From Bacteroidales bacterium (GTDB lineage Bacteria; Bacteroidota; Bacteroidia; Bacteroidales; WCHB1-69), in contig JBGUYY010000068.1 in assembly GCA_045222555.1 (NCBI GenBank), positions 32,877 through 96,876 of the forward strand: 64,000 bases of DNA. Reading direction: 5' to 3'. Made by a program: the position numbers and the translations under genes. Position 1 is the stretch's first letter, and every line of letters begins with the position of its first letter. The notes under the pieces are model-generated. The model saw only the letters and a list, made by a program, of their open reading frames with translations. It did not search any database and was not told where the DNA came from. This document shows, piece by piece, positions 27,129 through 36,536 of this stretch.

Positions 27129-28886
27129 TTATTGCACCACTACCTTGCGTGTGGTGATGCCCTCTTGGTTTTGGATTCTTACAAGATAAACTCCTTTCTT
27201 CCAGCTATTTACATTGATAGTGGTGTAAATATCGCTGGAAGAATCGTGATGAATGCGCTTTCCGCTCATGTCGTAAACCTCAATGTCAATGGGAGACGCC
27301 GCGTCGTTTTGGAGGTTGAGCTGCCCGCTGCTGACAGGGTTGGGGTAGAGGGTGAAAGAATTGGGATTGTCCTTGACGGAAATATACCAACCGAAGTTGA
27401 GAATCCATATAGCAGTATCATGGTGTGGTGTGCTAACGGAGTAGTAAACTTTACGTGTAATGTTGTAAAATTCGAGTGTTTCGTCGTCCCATTCTGCAGT
27501 GTCAAGGATCGGGGTATAGGTTACACCCAGCGGTACATGAAGAATAATCTCTTCTAAAGTGGCATCTATGGGAAGTACGCAACTCCCAAGAACGAAAATG
27601 TTGGGGGTGTCAATTTCATAGGAGTAGTCAGGTTCATTGTAAAATTCCACGCCCTCTACCGTCGGATAGAGCGGCAGGATGGGCTCGAACTCCACCCTGC
27701 CGAGGTTCGACTGGTCGTGCTGGTGCAGGATGACGCTCTCGGCAAAGGTCGTGTCGTTGTTGCCCCAGTAGTTGCCGATGGCGGTTACGTCCAGCGTGGA
27801 GTACTGGCTCATGGCAAAGGCATACACCTCGTCGTTGTTAGCATTGTCGTACAGTACGTTACGTCCCCAGTCGTTGGCGGTGCCCATGTCGATATGGTAG
27901 CGGTAAACTGCCGTCACGCCCCATAGGTTGCCCGCGATGATGTTGCGCCGGATTTGGGCGTAGCAGGTGGTGTCGTAGCCGTAGATGGAGATGCCGCTGC
28001 CCCCATTCATCGGGTCGGTCTCCAAGTTGTTGTCGGTGATGATGTTGTCGAGAATCTCCGCCGAGATGTTGGTGCCGGTCTGCGTGTAGCCGTAGCGGTT
28101 GTGGGTGATGGTGTTGCCCGACAGCAGCACCTGTGTCACCTGTTCGGCCCCCACCAGATTGGAGATGGCGATGCCGCCGCTCATCGTGCTGGCCACGCCC
28201 TCGATGCGGTTGCCAGTGATGACGATGGTGTCGGTGCCGCCAGTACCTAAGTTGATTTGCGGATTGTTGGTATTGTCTAATACGTTGTTATAGAGTGTGT
28301 TGTTGGTGATAACAGGCGAGCTGGAGGCGTTGGCCGGCGACTGGATAGCGGCGGCATGGTTGTCGTGAAAATGGCAGCCGGTAATCACGGGGTTGCAGTT
28401 CATCATACGCACAGCCGATTCCGCAAACCCGGTGAACTCGCAGTTGCGGAGAGTGAACTCGCCGTCGGTCAGGAAAATGTCTTTTCCATCTTCAAATAAA
28501 ATATGTTGTAAAAGTCCCACAGAACCCTCCTCCAAGCGCCATTCGTAGGAAGCGCTTTCGGTATTCTCGCGTTCGGAGGTGACTGTCAGCAGGTCTGTGC
28601 GTTCCGCGCTGGTCAGTACTCCTTGTATAGAGATAGTCAGTTCGTTATGAAGAACAAGCTGCTGCAAGGTGGCATCCAAAAAGAGGGTGTCAGTCGCCGA
28701 AAGGGTGAGGTCTTCGTGCAGATGGTACACTCCCGGTTCTGTGCAGGTCACTGCTTCGGGATAGGCAGCCGCAAGGTCCTGAAGCGTATATTTCGTTCCG
28801 TTGCCGTCAGTCACGATTTGTGCTTGCGCGTTTATGAATAGTAAAATAATGAAAGATAAGAAGATAAATCTGTTTTTCATATTCAT
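27129..28886 (-). CDS. T9SS-secreted right-handed beta-helix (pectate-lyase-fold) repeat protein
   Basis: Signal peptide, then repeated ~22-aa turns rich in N/G/I/T (ITGNRIEG, LSGNTITHN, ILDNIITDN, IRRNIIAGN). The C-terminal LYPNPVSSGQLNL...GVYLVRIQNQEGITTRKVVVQ matches the T9SS CTD. Confidence 0.8.
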   Translation of the reverse strand: MNMKNRFIFLSFIILLFINAQAQIVTDGNGTKYTLQDLAAAYPEAVTCTEPGVYHLHEDLTLSATDTLFLDATLQQLVLHNELTISIQGVLTSAERTDLLTVTSERENTESASYEWRLEEGSVGLLQHILFEDGKDIFLTDGEFTLRNCEFTGFAESAVRMMNCNPVITGCHFHDNHAAAIQSPANASSSPVITNNTLYNNVLDNTNNPQINLGTGGTDTIVITGNRIEGVASTMSGGIAISNLVGAEQVTQVLLSGNTITHNRYGYTQTGTNISAEILDNIITDNNLETDPMNGGSGISIYGYDTTCYAQIRRNIIAGNLWGVTAVYRYHIDMGTANDWGRNVLYDNANNDEVYAFAMSQYSTLDVTAIGNYWGNNDTTFAESVILHQHDQSNLGRVEFEPILPLYPTVEGVEFYNEPDYSYEIDTPNIFVLGSCVLPIDATLEEIILHVPLGVTYTPILDTAEWDDETLEFYNITRKVYYSVSTPHHDTAIWILNFGWYISVKDNPNSFTLYPNPVSSGQLNLQNDAASPIDIEVYDMSGKRIHHDSSSDIYTTINVNSWKKGVYLVRIQNQEGITTRKVVVQ

Positions 28887-28908
28887 TTCCTCCCTATTTT
28901 TGAATGGG

Positions 28909-28916
28909 CAAATTTA
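28909..28916 (-). promoter_or_regulatory. -7 box TAAATTTG
   Basis: Lies 22 nt upstream of the beta-helix T9SS gene start at 28886. Confidence 0.5.
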
Positions 28917-28937
28917 CTCAATTTTTCTAAAAATGCG

Positions 28938-28945
28938 TATCTTTG
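28938..28945 (+). promoter_or_regulatory. -7 box TATCTTTG
   Basis: Lies 17 nt upstream of the MATE ATG at 28963 and supports that start. Confidence 0.55.
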
Positions 28946-28962
28946 CATCCGAAATTTTCACC

Positions 28963-30273
28963 ATGAGCAAAATCAACAGGGAAGTCCTTAAACTCGCTAT
29001 TCCCAGCATTTTAGCCAATATCACCATCCCTTTGGTGGGATTGGTCGATGTGGCTATCATCGGACATATCTCCGATGCGACGGCCATCGGCGGCATCGCT
29101 ATCGGCACGCTGCTCTTCGACTTGCTGTACTGGAATTTCGGCTTTCTCCGCGTCGGCACCAGCGGTCTCACCGCACAGGCGTACGGCGCCCAAGACGACC
29201 GGTTGGCGGTGGGCATGTTCCGCCAGAACCTGCTGTTAGCATTTTTCTCCACCCTCTTGGTGTGGGCGATTCAGTGGCTGTTTCTGACCATCGCCCTCCA
29301 ATGTATTCCCTGCACACCCGAGGTGGCCGATTTCGCCAGCCGCTATTTCTACATCCGCATCTGGGCGGCTCCCGCCACCCTCGGACTTATGGTCTTCAAA
29401 GGTTGGTTCATCGGGATGCAGAACACGGTGGCTCCGATGGTTTGCGACATTGTGGTCAATGTGGTGAACATGGTGGCCAGCTACGTGCTGGCGCTGCACA
29501 CGCCGCTCGGCATGCTGGGTGTGGCGCACGGCACGGTCATCGCCCAGTATGTGGGACTGCTCACTGCGGTGGCCTTCTTGCTCATCCGTTATGGCAAAAT
29601 GATGAAAGCTCATCTCTTTGAGCCCAAGATATTTAACAATATGGAGAAGGTGGCGCGGCTGGCGGGCAACCTGTTCATCCGCTCCGTCGGTTTCATGGTG
29701 ATTTATGTGGGCTTCACGGCCATCGCTTCCAATTATGGCGACGTACAGCTGGCCGTAAGTTCCATCATGATGAAGCTGTTCATGCTCTTCTCCTATTTCG
29801 TGGATGGTTTTGCCTACGCGGGCGAGGCGCTCACGGGCCGTTTTATCGGCGAGCGCAATGCCGAGCGGCTGCATCAGGCAGTGCGCATCCTGTTTTTATG
29901 GTGCATCGGCGTGGGATTGGCTTTCACGGTGATTTATGCTGCGGCCGGCGAGGGGTCGGTCAGAGTCGTGACGGACAACGAGCCGGTGATAGCGGCCTCG
30001 CACCCATTTCTGCCGTGGCTGATTGCCATGCCGCTCATCAGCTGCCTGGCCTTCATGTGGGATGGCATCTATATCGGGGCGGCAGCGGGCAAGGAGGTGC
30101 GCAACTGCATGTTGTGGGCGGCGTTGGGATTTGTTTTGGGATACCTGTGCTGTTATAAATTCATTGGCATACAGGCACTTTATGTGGGATATTTCGTCCA
30201 TCTGCTGGTGCGCACTTTGTATCTCTCTTTTTTATGGAAAAAGACAAAAGCCAAGGCACTTTCTATTGCTTGA
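28963..30273 (+). CDS. MATE family efflux transporter
   Basis: Start set at MSKINREVLKLAIPSILANITIPLVGLVD, the typical MATE N-terminus. ~12 TM segments. A -7 box lies at 28938..28945. Confidence 0.88.
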   Translation: MSKINREVLKLAIPSILANITIPLVGLVDVAIIGHISDATAIGGIAIGTLLFDLLYWNFGFLRVGTSGLTAQAYGAQDDRLAVGMFRQNLLLAFFSTLLVWAIQWLFLTIALQCIPCTPEVADFASRYFYIRIWAAPATLGLMVFKGWFIGMQNTVAPMVCDIVVNVVNMVASYVLALHTPLGMLGVAHGTVIAQYVGLLTAVAFLLIRYGKMMKAHLFEPKIFNNMEKVARLAGNLFIRSVGFMVIYVGFTAIASNYGDVQLAVSSIMMKLFMLFSYFVDGFAYAGEALTGRFIGERNAERLHQAVRILFLWCIGVGLAFTVIYAAAGEGSVRVVTDNEPVIAASHPFLPWLIAMPLISCLAFMWDGIYIGAAAGKEVRNCMLWAALGFVLGYLCCYKFIGIQALYVGYFVHLLVRTLYLSFLWKKTKAKALSIA

Positions 30274-30296
30274 AAAAAATAGTGTTTTTGCAATGG

Positions 30297-31202
30297 TTAT
30301 TCTCTCCATTGGCGTGGTGTGATTCCCGTATGGTACTTGAAAAACTTGTGAAAAACAGGCACACTGCTGAAGTTGAGTCTCTCCGCAATCTCTTTGATGG
30401 TCATGTCGGAATATTTCAGCATGCTTTTGGCCTCCATAACCACCATTGAGTCAATCCAGTCGGGTGCAGAACGCCCGCTCACCTTTTTGACCAGCTTGGA
30501 AAGGTATTTGGGTGTGAGGTACATTTTTGCAGCGTAGAATTCCACGCGTCTCTCCGTGCTATGGTATTGTGTGACAAGCCGCAGGAATTGTTCAAACACC
30601 ATTTTGGTGCGTCCCGACACTCCTGTTGCCGCTGTCGGGTTGCCGTTGAGCCTTTCACCCCACAATGTTCCCAGCATGTAGAATATGGAGGAGAATAGCG
30701 AACGGATAGCCTCCTTGAGGTTGGGAATCCCGGCGTTCATCAGCGCCATGGCCAGTTCGTAATATTTAACGCTGATATTGAACTCCTTTTGTGACAGTGT
30801 GATGCACGGGTTGTCCAATATGGCCATGCTCTCTTCAAAAAGCTTGGCAAAGTCCATTCTCACATCGGCAATCAATTCGCGCGATGCTCCCACCACTACC
30901 ACTTGTGGCGGTTCGCCGCTTTCGTCCATTTCGCGTACGCGCACAATGTTGCCCGGCACATATAACAGCAACGTGTTCTCACTCAATTCAAACGACTTCA
31001 GGTTCAAGTCCACCTGAAGCCGCCCGCGGAGGCACAAAACCGCCACAAAGCCATTGAAACGGCATGGATACCTGAAAAGAAGGAGATTCTTGTCCACTTC
31101 TGTTTTCATCAGGAAAAAATCATCCGAGAGCCCGTCATTGTCAGGAATATGAAAATGTTTTCGTATCCCGTGGATATCTAAAATATGAAGCGCTTCTGTC
31201 AT
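30297..31202 (-). CDS. AraC family transcriptional regulator
   Basis: Cupin-like N-terminal half and a C-terminal double HTH (YLSKLVKKVSGRSAPDWID...IKEIAERLNFSSVPVFHKFFKYHTGITP). Start set at MTEALHIL with a -7 box at 31222..31229. It is divergent from the TolC-HlyD-ABC-2 operon. Confidence 0.88.
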   Translation of the reverse strand: MTEALHILDIHGIRKHFHIPDNDGLSDDFFLMKTEVDKNLLLFRYPCRFNGFVAVLCLRGRLQVDLNLKSFELSENTLLLYVPGNIVRVREMDESGEPPQVVVVGASRELIADVRMDFAKLFEESMAILDNPCITLSQKEFNISVKYYELAMALMNAGIPNLKEAIRSLFSSIFYMLGTLWGERLNGNPTAATGVSGRTKMVFEQFLRLVTQYHSTERRVEFYAAKMYLTPKYLSKLVKKVSGRSAPDWIDSMVVMEAKSMLKYSDMTIKEIAERLNFSSVPVFHKFFKYHTGITPRQWRE

Positions 31203-31221
31203 ATCTTTATTTTTAGGCCGA

Positions 31222-31229
31222 CAAAAATA
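31222..31229 (-). promoter_or_regulatory. -7 box TATTTTTG
   Basis: Lies 19 nt upstream of the AraC ATG at 31202 and supports that start. Confidence 0.5.
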
Positions 31230-31380
31230 CAAAAAAGTAGCCAAATATTATAAAAAGTCGCTTTTTTCTACTTTTTTATAATAAAAAGGCGAAATATGAA
31301 AACATTTCTTTCCCATTTTGGCACAATAGTTGAAATAATGTGGAGTTATCTATTGGTTTTTATCATTCAATCTGCAAAAA

Positions 31381-32898
31381 ATGAGAAAAGAACGAGCAAC
31401 TATTTGTAAATCTATTATTTATACTCTATTTCTTGGCATTATGCCATCCTTACTTTGGGGGCAGCAGGTGCTGACGTTGGAACAGTGTCGCTCAATGGCC
31501 GTGCAAAACGACAAGGGCATCGAACAGGCGCAGACCAAAGTGACAATGGCCGGTTATGACAGAAAAATCGCCCTTGCCAACTTCTTCCCCAACATCGTTG
31601 CTACCGGCACTTATACCTATAACGATCATAATATCAGTTTGATATCCAACGATATGTCGAACCAACTGACCACCATGGGCACCACGGTGCAAGGACAGAT
31701 TAACGACTACCGCAACCAGCTCATCCAGCAGATTACCGACAACCCGTTGGCCAGCATTGAGTATATGCTCAGTCCGATGTGGCAGACCGTGTTGGGCAGT
31801 TTGTCAGACATTGACGTGGAGGATGCCCTCAATGCCATCGGCACTGAAATCGACGAAGCGTTCCATCTTGACATCCAGCATATTTTCACAGCCTCTGTCA
31901 CGCTGCAGCAGCCGGTTTTCATGGGAGGTAAAATCGTGGCAGCCAACCAGATGGCAAAACTTGCCGAGGAGCTGGCACAGACACAATACGAACAGCAGTA
32001 CCGTGAAACAACTCATAAAGTGGATGAGACATATTGGCAGATTGTCTCCATTTCCGCAAAACGCGAATTGGCCGAGAACTACGACTCCCTCCTTCATAAG
32101 ATGCAGTCGGATGTGGAGATTGCCGTGCAGGAGGGCGTGGCCACCGAAGCCGATGCCCTTTCCATCAAAGTGAAAGTCAATGAAGCGGATATGATGTTGA
32201 CCAAGGCGACCAACGGACTCGCCCTTTGCAAAATGTTGCTTTGCAAACAGATTGGTTTGCCTCTTAACTCTGACATTGTTTTGGTGGATGAAGCCGACGA
32301 ACGGATTCCTCTTCCACGCGTTGCCAGCGAAATTCCCTGCATGGAGGATATTTTCGACAACCGCACCGAGATACGGAGCCTGAACCTCGCTTCGCAAATC
32401 TACAAGAAAAAGGTGGCGATGGCGCGTGCCGACATGATGCCCAAAATTGCGCTAACCGGCGGATATATGATGACCAACCGTGACATGCGAAACGGATTCG
32501 ACAAGAAATGGAGCGGTCTCTTCAATGTCGGTGTCATCGTGAATGTGCCGATTTTCCACGGAGGGGAAGCCCTGTTCAAAATGAAAAAGGCACAGTATGA
32601 AGCCACATTATACCAGTCGCAGTGTGAGGATGCCAAAAATCTGATTACTTTGCAGGTCACGCAGTTGCAAAAACAGGTGACAGAAACGCAGGAAAAGGTG
32701 AGGCAGGCGGAAGAAAACCTGTCCAGTGCAGAGGAAAACCTGAGGACCGCCACCGTCGGTTTTCAGGAAGGGGTGATTCCGGCCAACACCGCGCTGGCCG
32801 CACAAACCGCATGGCTTCAGGCACACACCGAATACATCGATGCCGGTGTGGAATTGCAAATTGCCGTGGCGAACCTCCAACAAGCGGTAGGACAGTAG
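31381..32898 (+). CDS. TolC family outer-membrane efflux protein
   Basis: 505 aa with a signal peptide. Begins LTLEQCRSMAVQND, and shows two TolC repeats with long coiled segments. Confidence 0.85.
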   Translation: MRKERATICKSIIYTLFLGIMPSLLWGQQVLTLEQCRSMAVQNDKGIEQAQTKVTMAGYDRKIALANFFPNIVATGTYTYNDHNISLISNDMSNQLTTMGTTVQGQINDYRNQLIQQITDNPLASIEYMLSPMWQTVLGSLSDIDVEDALNAIGTEIDEAFHLDIQHIFTASVTLQQPVFMGGKIVAANQMAKLAEELAQTQYEQQYRETTHKVDETYWQIVSISAKRELAENYDSLLHKMQSDVEIAVQEGVATEADALSIKVKVNEADMMLTKATNGLALCKMLLCKQIGLPLNSDIVLVDEADERIPLPRVASEIPCMEDIFDNRTEIRSLNLASQIYKKKVAMARADMMPKIALTGGYMMTNRDMRNGFDKKWSGLFNVGVIVNVPIFHGGEALFKMKKAQYEATLYQSQCEDAKNLITLQVTQLQKQVTETQEKVRQAEENLSSAEENLRTATVGFQEGVIPANTALAAQTAWLQAHTEYIDAGVELQIAVANLQQAVGQ

Positions 32899-32974
32899 AA
32901 GGGAATTATACATTGAGCAGCCCTGCAAGGGCAAGGAGAAAACAGGATAGAAAAAAACAAAAAACATCATCATA

Positions 32975-33958
32975 ATGAAAAGAAGAAATTACAATTTGAT
33001 TGTCGGCGTGGCTGCACTGGTTCTCATCATCGTGGCCATCGCGCTCATCGGTTTTTTCGTATCGAAGCCCAAGGAAATGGTGCTTCAGGGCGAGGCGGAG
33101 GCCTCCGAATACCGGGTGTCGGGCAAGGTGCCGGGGCGTATTGAGGAGATTCTTGTAAAAGAGGGGCAGCTTGTCCATAAAGGCGACACGGTGGCCTACA
33201 TCGAAAGTCCGGAGGTGAAGGCGAAACTGCAACAGGTGGGCGCCCTCCGCGACGCGGCAATGGCCCAGCGCAACAAAGCCCTCAACGGAGCCCGTCAGGA
33301 ACAGATTGCCGGTGCCTACGAACTGTGGCAACAGGCTATCGTCCAAGAGGATGTGATGAAGAAATCGTACGACCGTATGCAACGGCTGTTCGACCAGAAG
33401 GTGGTGAGTGCGCAGAAGTACGACGAAGTGAAGGCCAAGTACGATGCGGCGGTGGCGCAGACCAAAGCCGCCAAGAGCCAGTACGACATGGCGGTGAACG
33501 GTGCGCGGCAGGAGGACAAGGACGCGGCGTTGGCCGTGGTGCGCCAGACACAGGGTGCAATGGCTGAAGTGCAGGGCTATATGGAGGAACTGTACCTCAT
33601 TTCACCTGCCGACGGTGTGGTGTCAGCCATCTACCCCAAGGTGGGCGAATTGGTAGGGCAGGGGGCTCCCGTGATGACCGTCACCGACTTGGCGGATGTA
33701 TGGTTTACCTTCAACATCCGCGAGGACTACCTGAAGAGCATGAAGGTCGGCGACCGGCTCACCCTCACCATTCCCGCCTTGGACAATAAAGAGTGTACCG
33801 CCACAGTCAACTACATGGCGGTGCGTGAATCGTACGCCACGTGGAAGGCCACCAAGGAGACAGGGCAGTATGATGCCAAGACGTTCGAAGTGCGGGCAAT
33901 CCCCGACCAGCGTGTGGAGGGGCTCCGTCCGGGAATGACTGCCATCATCAAAAGATAA
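32975..33958 (+). CDS. HlyD-family periplasmic adaptor
   Basis: Single N-terminal TM, a lipoyl-like motif (GDTVAYIESPEV), a long coiled coil and a beta-barrel C-terminus. Confidence 0.88.
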   Translation: MKRRNYNLIVGVAALVLIIVAIALIGFFVSKPKEMVLQGEAEASEYRVSGKVPGRIEEILVKEGQLVHKGDTVAYIESPEVKAKLQQVGALRDAAMAQRNKALNGARQEQIAGAYELWQQAIVQEDVMKKSYDRMQRLFDQKVVSAQKYDEVKAKYDAAVAQTKAAKSQYDMAVNGARQEDKDAALAVVRQTQGAMAEVQGYMEELYLISPADGVVSAIYPKVGELVGQGAPVMTVTDLADVWFTFNIREDYLKSMKVGDRLTLTIPALDNKECTATVNYMAVRESYATWKATKETGQYDAKTFEVRAIPDQRVEGLRPGMTAIIKR

Positions 33959-33964
33959 AACGCC

Positions 33965-35128
33965 ATGTGGAAGTACGTCAAAGCGGTTGCTCTCCGGGAG
34001 TTGCGGATCTGGATGCAGCGTCCCATCTACTTTGTGGGGTCGCTCGGGGTGATTCTGTTCGGGAGCATCTTCTTCCTCACTTTCTTCAAGGCAGGGCTGC
34101 CCTCGAAGCTGCCGATCGGGGTGGTGGACTACGACAGGTCGTCCGTCTCCCGCAACTTCACCCGCCAGCTGGATGCCACGCAACTGGGTGAGGTGGTGCG
34201 TTTCGAGGATTTCCGCACCGCGCGGGAGGCCATGCAGCGCGGCGAAGTCACCTCCGTATGCGTGATTCCCCAAAATTTTTCCTCCGATATCCAGGCCTTC
34301 CGCCGTCCCACCTTCACTTTCTATGTCAACGGACTCTACTTTGTGGGCGGATCCCTTGCCTATCAGGACATCCTCACCATGATCAACCTGACATCGGGGG
34401 CGGTGCAGAAACAGGTGCTTACGGCCAAGGGGGTGAGCGAGCACGACATGATGGGGCGGCTCCGCCCCGTCAACATCGACGTGCACCGCATCGGCAACCC
34501 GATGACCAACTACGGGGTCTATCTCAACAACCTGCTTCTGCCGGGACTTTTGCAGATGATGATCATTCTGGTCAGCATCTACGCTTTCGGCACCGAACTG
34601 AAATACAGCACTTCACAGCATCTGATGACCACGGCAGGAGGCTCCATCCTCAATGCCGTGTCCGGGAAATTGCTGGTTTATACCCTCTACTTTTCTTCTG
34701 TTGGATTGGTGATGATCCTTCTGCTGTACAGCTGGCTGGGCTATCCCTTGGCCGGTTCCATTTGGAGTATGTTTCTCGATATGTTTCTGATGATTTTGGC
34801 CTGCGAGTCGGTGGCGCTTTTCATCGCGGGACTGATACCTGTATGCCGCTTCTCCATCAGCATCGGGGCGTTGTACAGCGTGCTGGGCTTTTCGCTGGCG
34901 GGATTCACCCTGCCGGTGGAGGCAATGCTGCCTGTTCTTCAAGGCATATCCTCCATCTTTCCACTGCGCCATTATTACCTCTTCTACGTTCAGGAGGCGA
35001 TGTTCGCCAGCGGGTTCTCCGGCTGGTATCAGGAAGTTGTACATCTGTTACTGTTCCTGCTCCTTCCCGTTTTCATCATGAAGCGGCTGGGGAATGCCTA
35101 TATCAACATGGATTACCCCAAAAAATGA
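33965..35128 (+). CDS. ABC-2 type transporter permease (YhhJ/YbhS-like)
   Basis: 387 aa. TM1 is followed by a large extracytoplasmic loop and then 5 TM segments. No Walker motifs. Confidence 0.85.
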   Translation: MWKYVKAVALRELRIWMQRPIYFVGSLGVILFGSIFFLTFFKAGLPSKLPIGVVDYDRSSVSRNFTRQLDATQLGEVVRFEDFRTAREAMQRGEVTSVCVIPQNFSSDIQAFRRPTFTFYVNGLYFVGGSLAYQDILTMINLTSGAVQKQVLTAKGVSEHDMMGRLRPVNIDVHRIGNPMTNYGVYLNNLLLPGLLQMMIILVSIYAFGTELKYSTSQHLMTTAGGSILNAVSGKLLVYTLYFSSVGLVMILLLYSWLGYPLAGSIWSMFLDMFLMILACESVALFIAGLIPVCRFSISIGALYSVLGFSLAGFTLPVEAMLPVLQGISSIFPLRHYYLFYVQEAMFASGFSGWYQEVVHLLLFLLLPVFIMKRLGNAYINMDYPKK

Positions 35129-35134
35129 CAGACA

Positions 35135-36424
35135 ATGAAGACATTTTTCCATATTAAACAGTTTGTAAAACAATGGTGGAAGGACCTTTGGGGAATCTGT
35201 TGCCATGAATGGAAATTGATTGTCCATGACGGCGGGGTGCTCATTATCTTCACCATCGGAGCATTGGGCTATCCGCTACTTTACAATCTCATGTACTACA
35301 ATGGGGTGTTGGAGGATGTGTCCATCGCCGTGGTGGACGATGCCAACTGTGCTGAAAGCCGCCGCTACATCCGCGAGGTGGATGCGACACGGGAGCTGGA
35401 AATTGCCTACCGGTGTGCCTCCATGGAGGAGGCGGAACAGCTGTTTCAGCAGCGTAAGGTAAATGGAATCATCTATTTTCCAAAAGATTTCGGACAAAAG
35501 CTGGCACGGATGGAGACCGCCACCCTTTCCATCTATGCCGACATGAGCAGTTTCCTGTACTATAAAAACCTGATGATGGGCGCCAACTTCGTGATGTTGC
35601 ACGAAATCGGAAAGATACAAATTGAGCGGTATGCTGCGGCGGGTTTCACGGAAGAACAGAGCATGCAGCTGGTTTCGGCCATCCCTTATGAAGAAAACAA
35701 CCCCTATAACCGCACCTTCTCTTATACGATCTTCTTCCTGTCGGCGGCTCTGCTGATGGTGGTTCAGCAGACCATGTTCTATGGGATGACGATGCTGGCG
35801 GGAACACAGCGTGAGGAGCATCATAGTTTCGCCCTCTTGCCCAACCATCTTGAAGGAGTGGGCATAGGCCGTGTGGTGTTGGGGCGTGGTTTAGCGTACG
35901 GTGTGCTCTACATTGCTATTGGAATGTACATCGCCTTTATCGTGCCCGCCATTTTCGACTTCCCGCAGCGCGGAAATTTCTGGGACATGCTGGTGCTTTT
36001 GCTCATCTTCATCACCGACTGCGTCTTCTTCTGCTCCACTTGGAGCTCGTTCATCACGCGCCGCGAAACAGTTTTCATTCTTCTTTTGGTGATGTCTCCT
36101 GTGGCAATGTTCCTTACGGGATTTTCGTGGCCCACCACCTCCTTCCCATTTTTCTGGAAATGCTTCTCTTACCTATTTCCGTCCACTTTTGGCTGTCAGG
36201 CGTTCATCAACCTCAATACGGCTGGTGGCGACTTGTCCACCATACGTCCGCAAATCATTGCCATGACGATACAGGGCGCATGCTACTACCTGACGGCCAG
36301 TTTGGCGGTATTTGTCGAGAATCGCATCGTACACAGCGAGCGGGTGCAGCGTATCAAGGCGAAAAGAAAGGCACTTATGCGCCGGCTTGACACTAAGGTG
36401 AGGTTTGCAGAAAATAATGGATAA
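35135..36424 (+). CDS. ABC-2 type transporter permease (second, paralogous subunit)
   Basis: 429 aa with the same topology as the preceding gene. No nucleotide-binding domain. Confidence 0.85.
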   Translation: MKTFFHIKQFVKQWWKDLWGICCHEWKLIVHDGGVLIIFTIGALGYPLLYNLMYYNGVLEDVSIAVVDDANCAESRRYIREVDATRELEIAYRCASMEEAEQLFQQRKVNGIIYFPKDFGQKLARMETATLSIYADMSSFLYYKNLMMGANFVMLHEIGKIQIERYAAAGFTEEQSMQLVSAIPYEENNPYNRTFSYTIFFLSAALLMVVQQTMFYGMTMLAGTQREEHHSFALLPNHLEGVGIGRVVLGRGLAYGVLYIAIGMYIAFIVPAIFDFPQRGNFWDMLVLLLIFITDCVFFCSTWSSFITRRETVFILLLVMSPVAMFLTGFSWPTTSFPFFWKCFSYLFPSTFGCQAFINLNTAGGDLSTIRPQIIAMTIQGACYYLTASLAVFVENRIVHSERVQRIKAKRKALMRRLDTKVRFAENNG

Positions 36425-36502
36425 TGTTGACTTCTCGTTGCTGTCCCATTAATATTACGGCGTTATTCCTGTGTGTTTTGTGGTGGATGTCTGAAAAAAT
36501 CG

Positions 36503-36510
36503 TACTTTTG
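36503..36510 (+). promoter_or_regulatory. -7 box TACTTTTG
   Basis: Lies 26 nt upstream of the aldolase ATG at 36537. This implies the aldolase gene is transcribed separately from the ABC-2 operon. Confidence 0.5.
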
Positions 36511-36536
36511 CAACTTGTATAAAATGATGGCAAAAC

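Noticed and set aside
31296-31409. 37-codon ORF (MKTFLSHFGTIVEIMWSYLLVFIIQSAKNEKRTSNYL) in the AraC/TolC intergenic region, overlapping the TolC start
   Set aside because: It has no promoter box, no recognisable motif and overlaps the TolC start out of frame. It cannot be distinguished from chance in AT-rich DNA.
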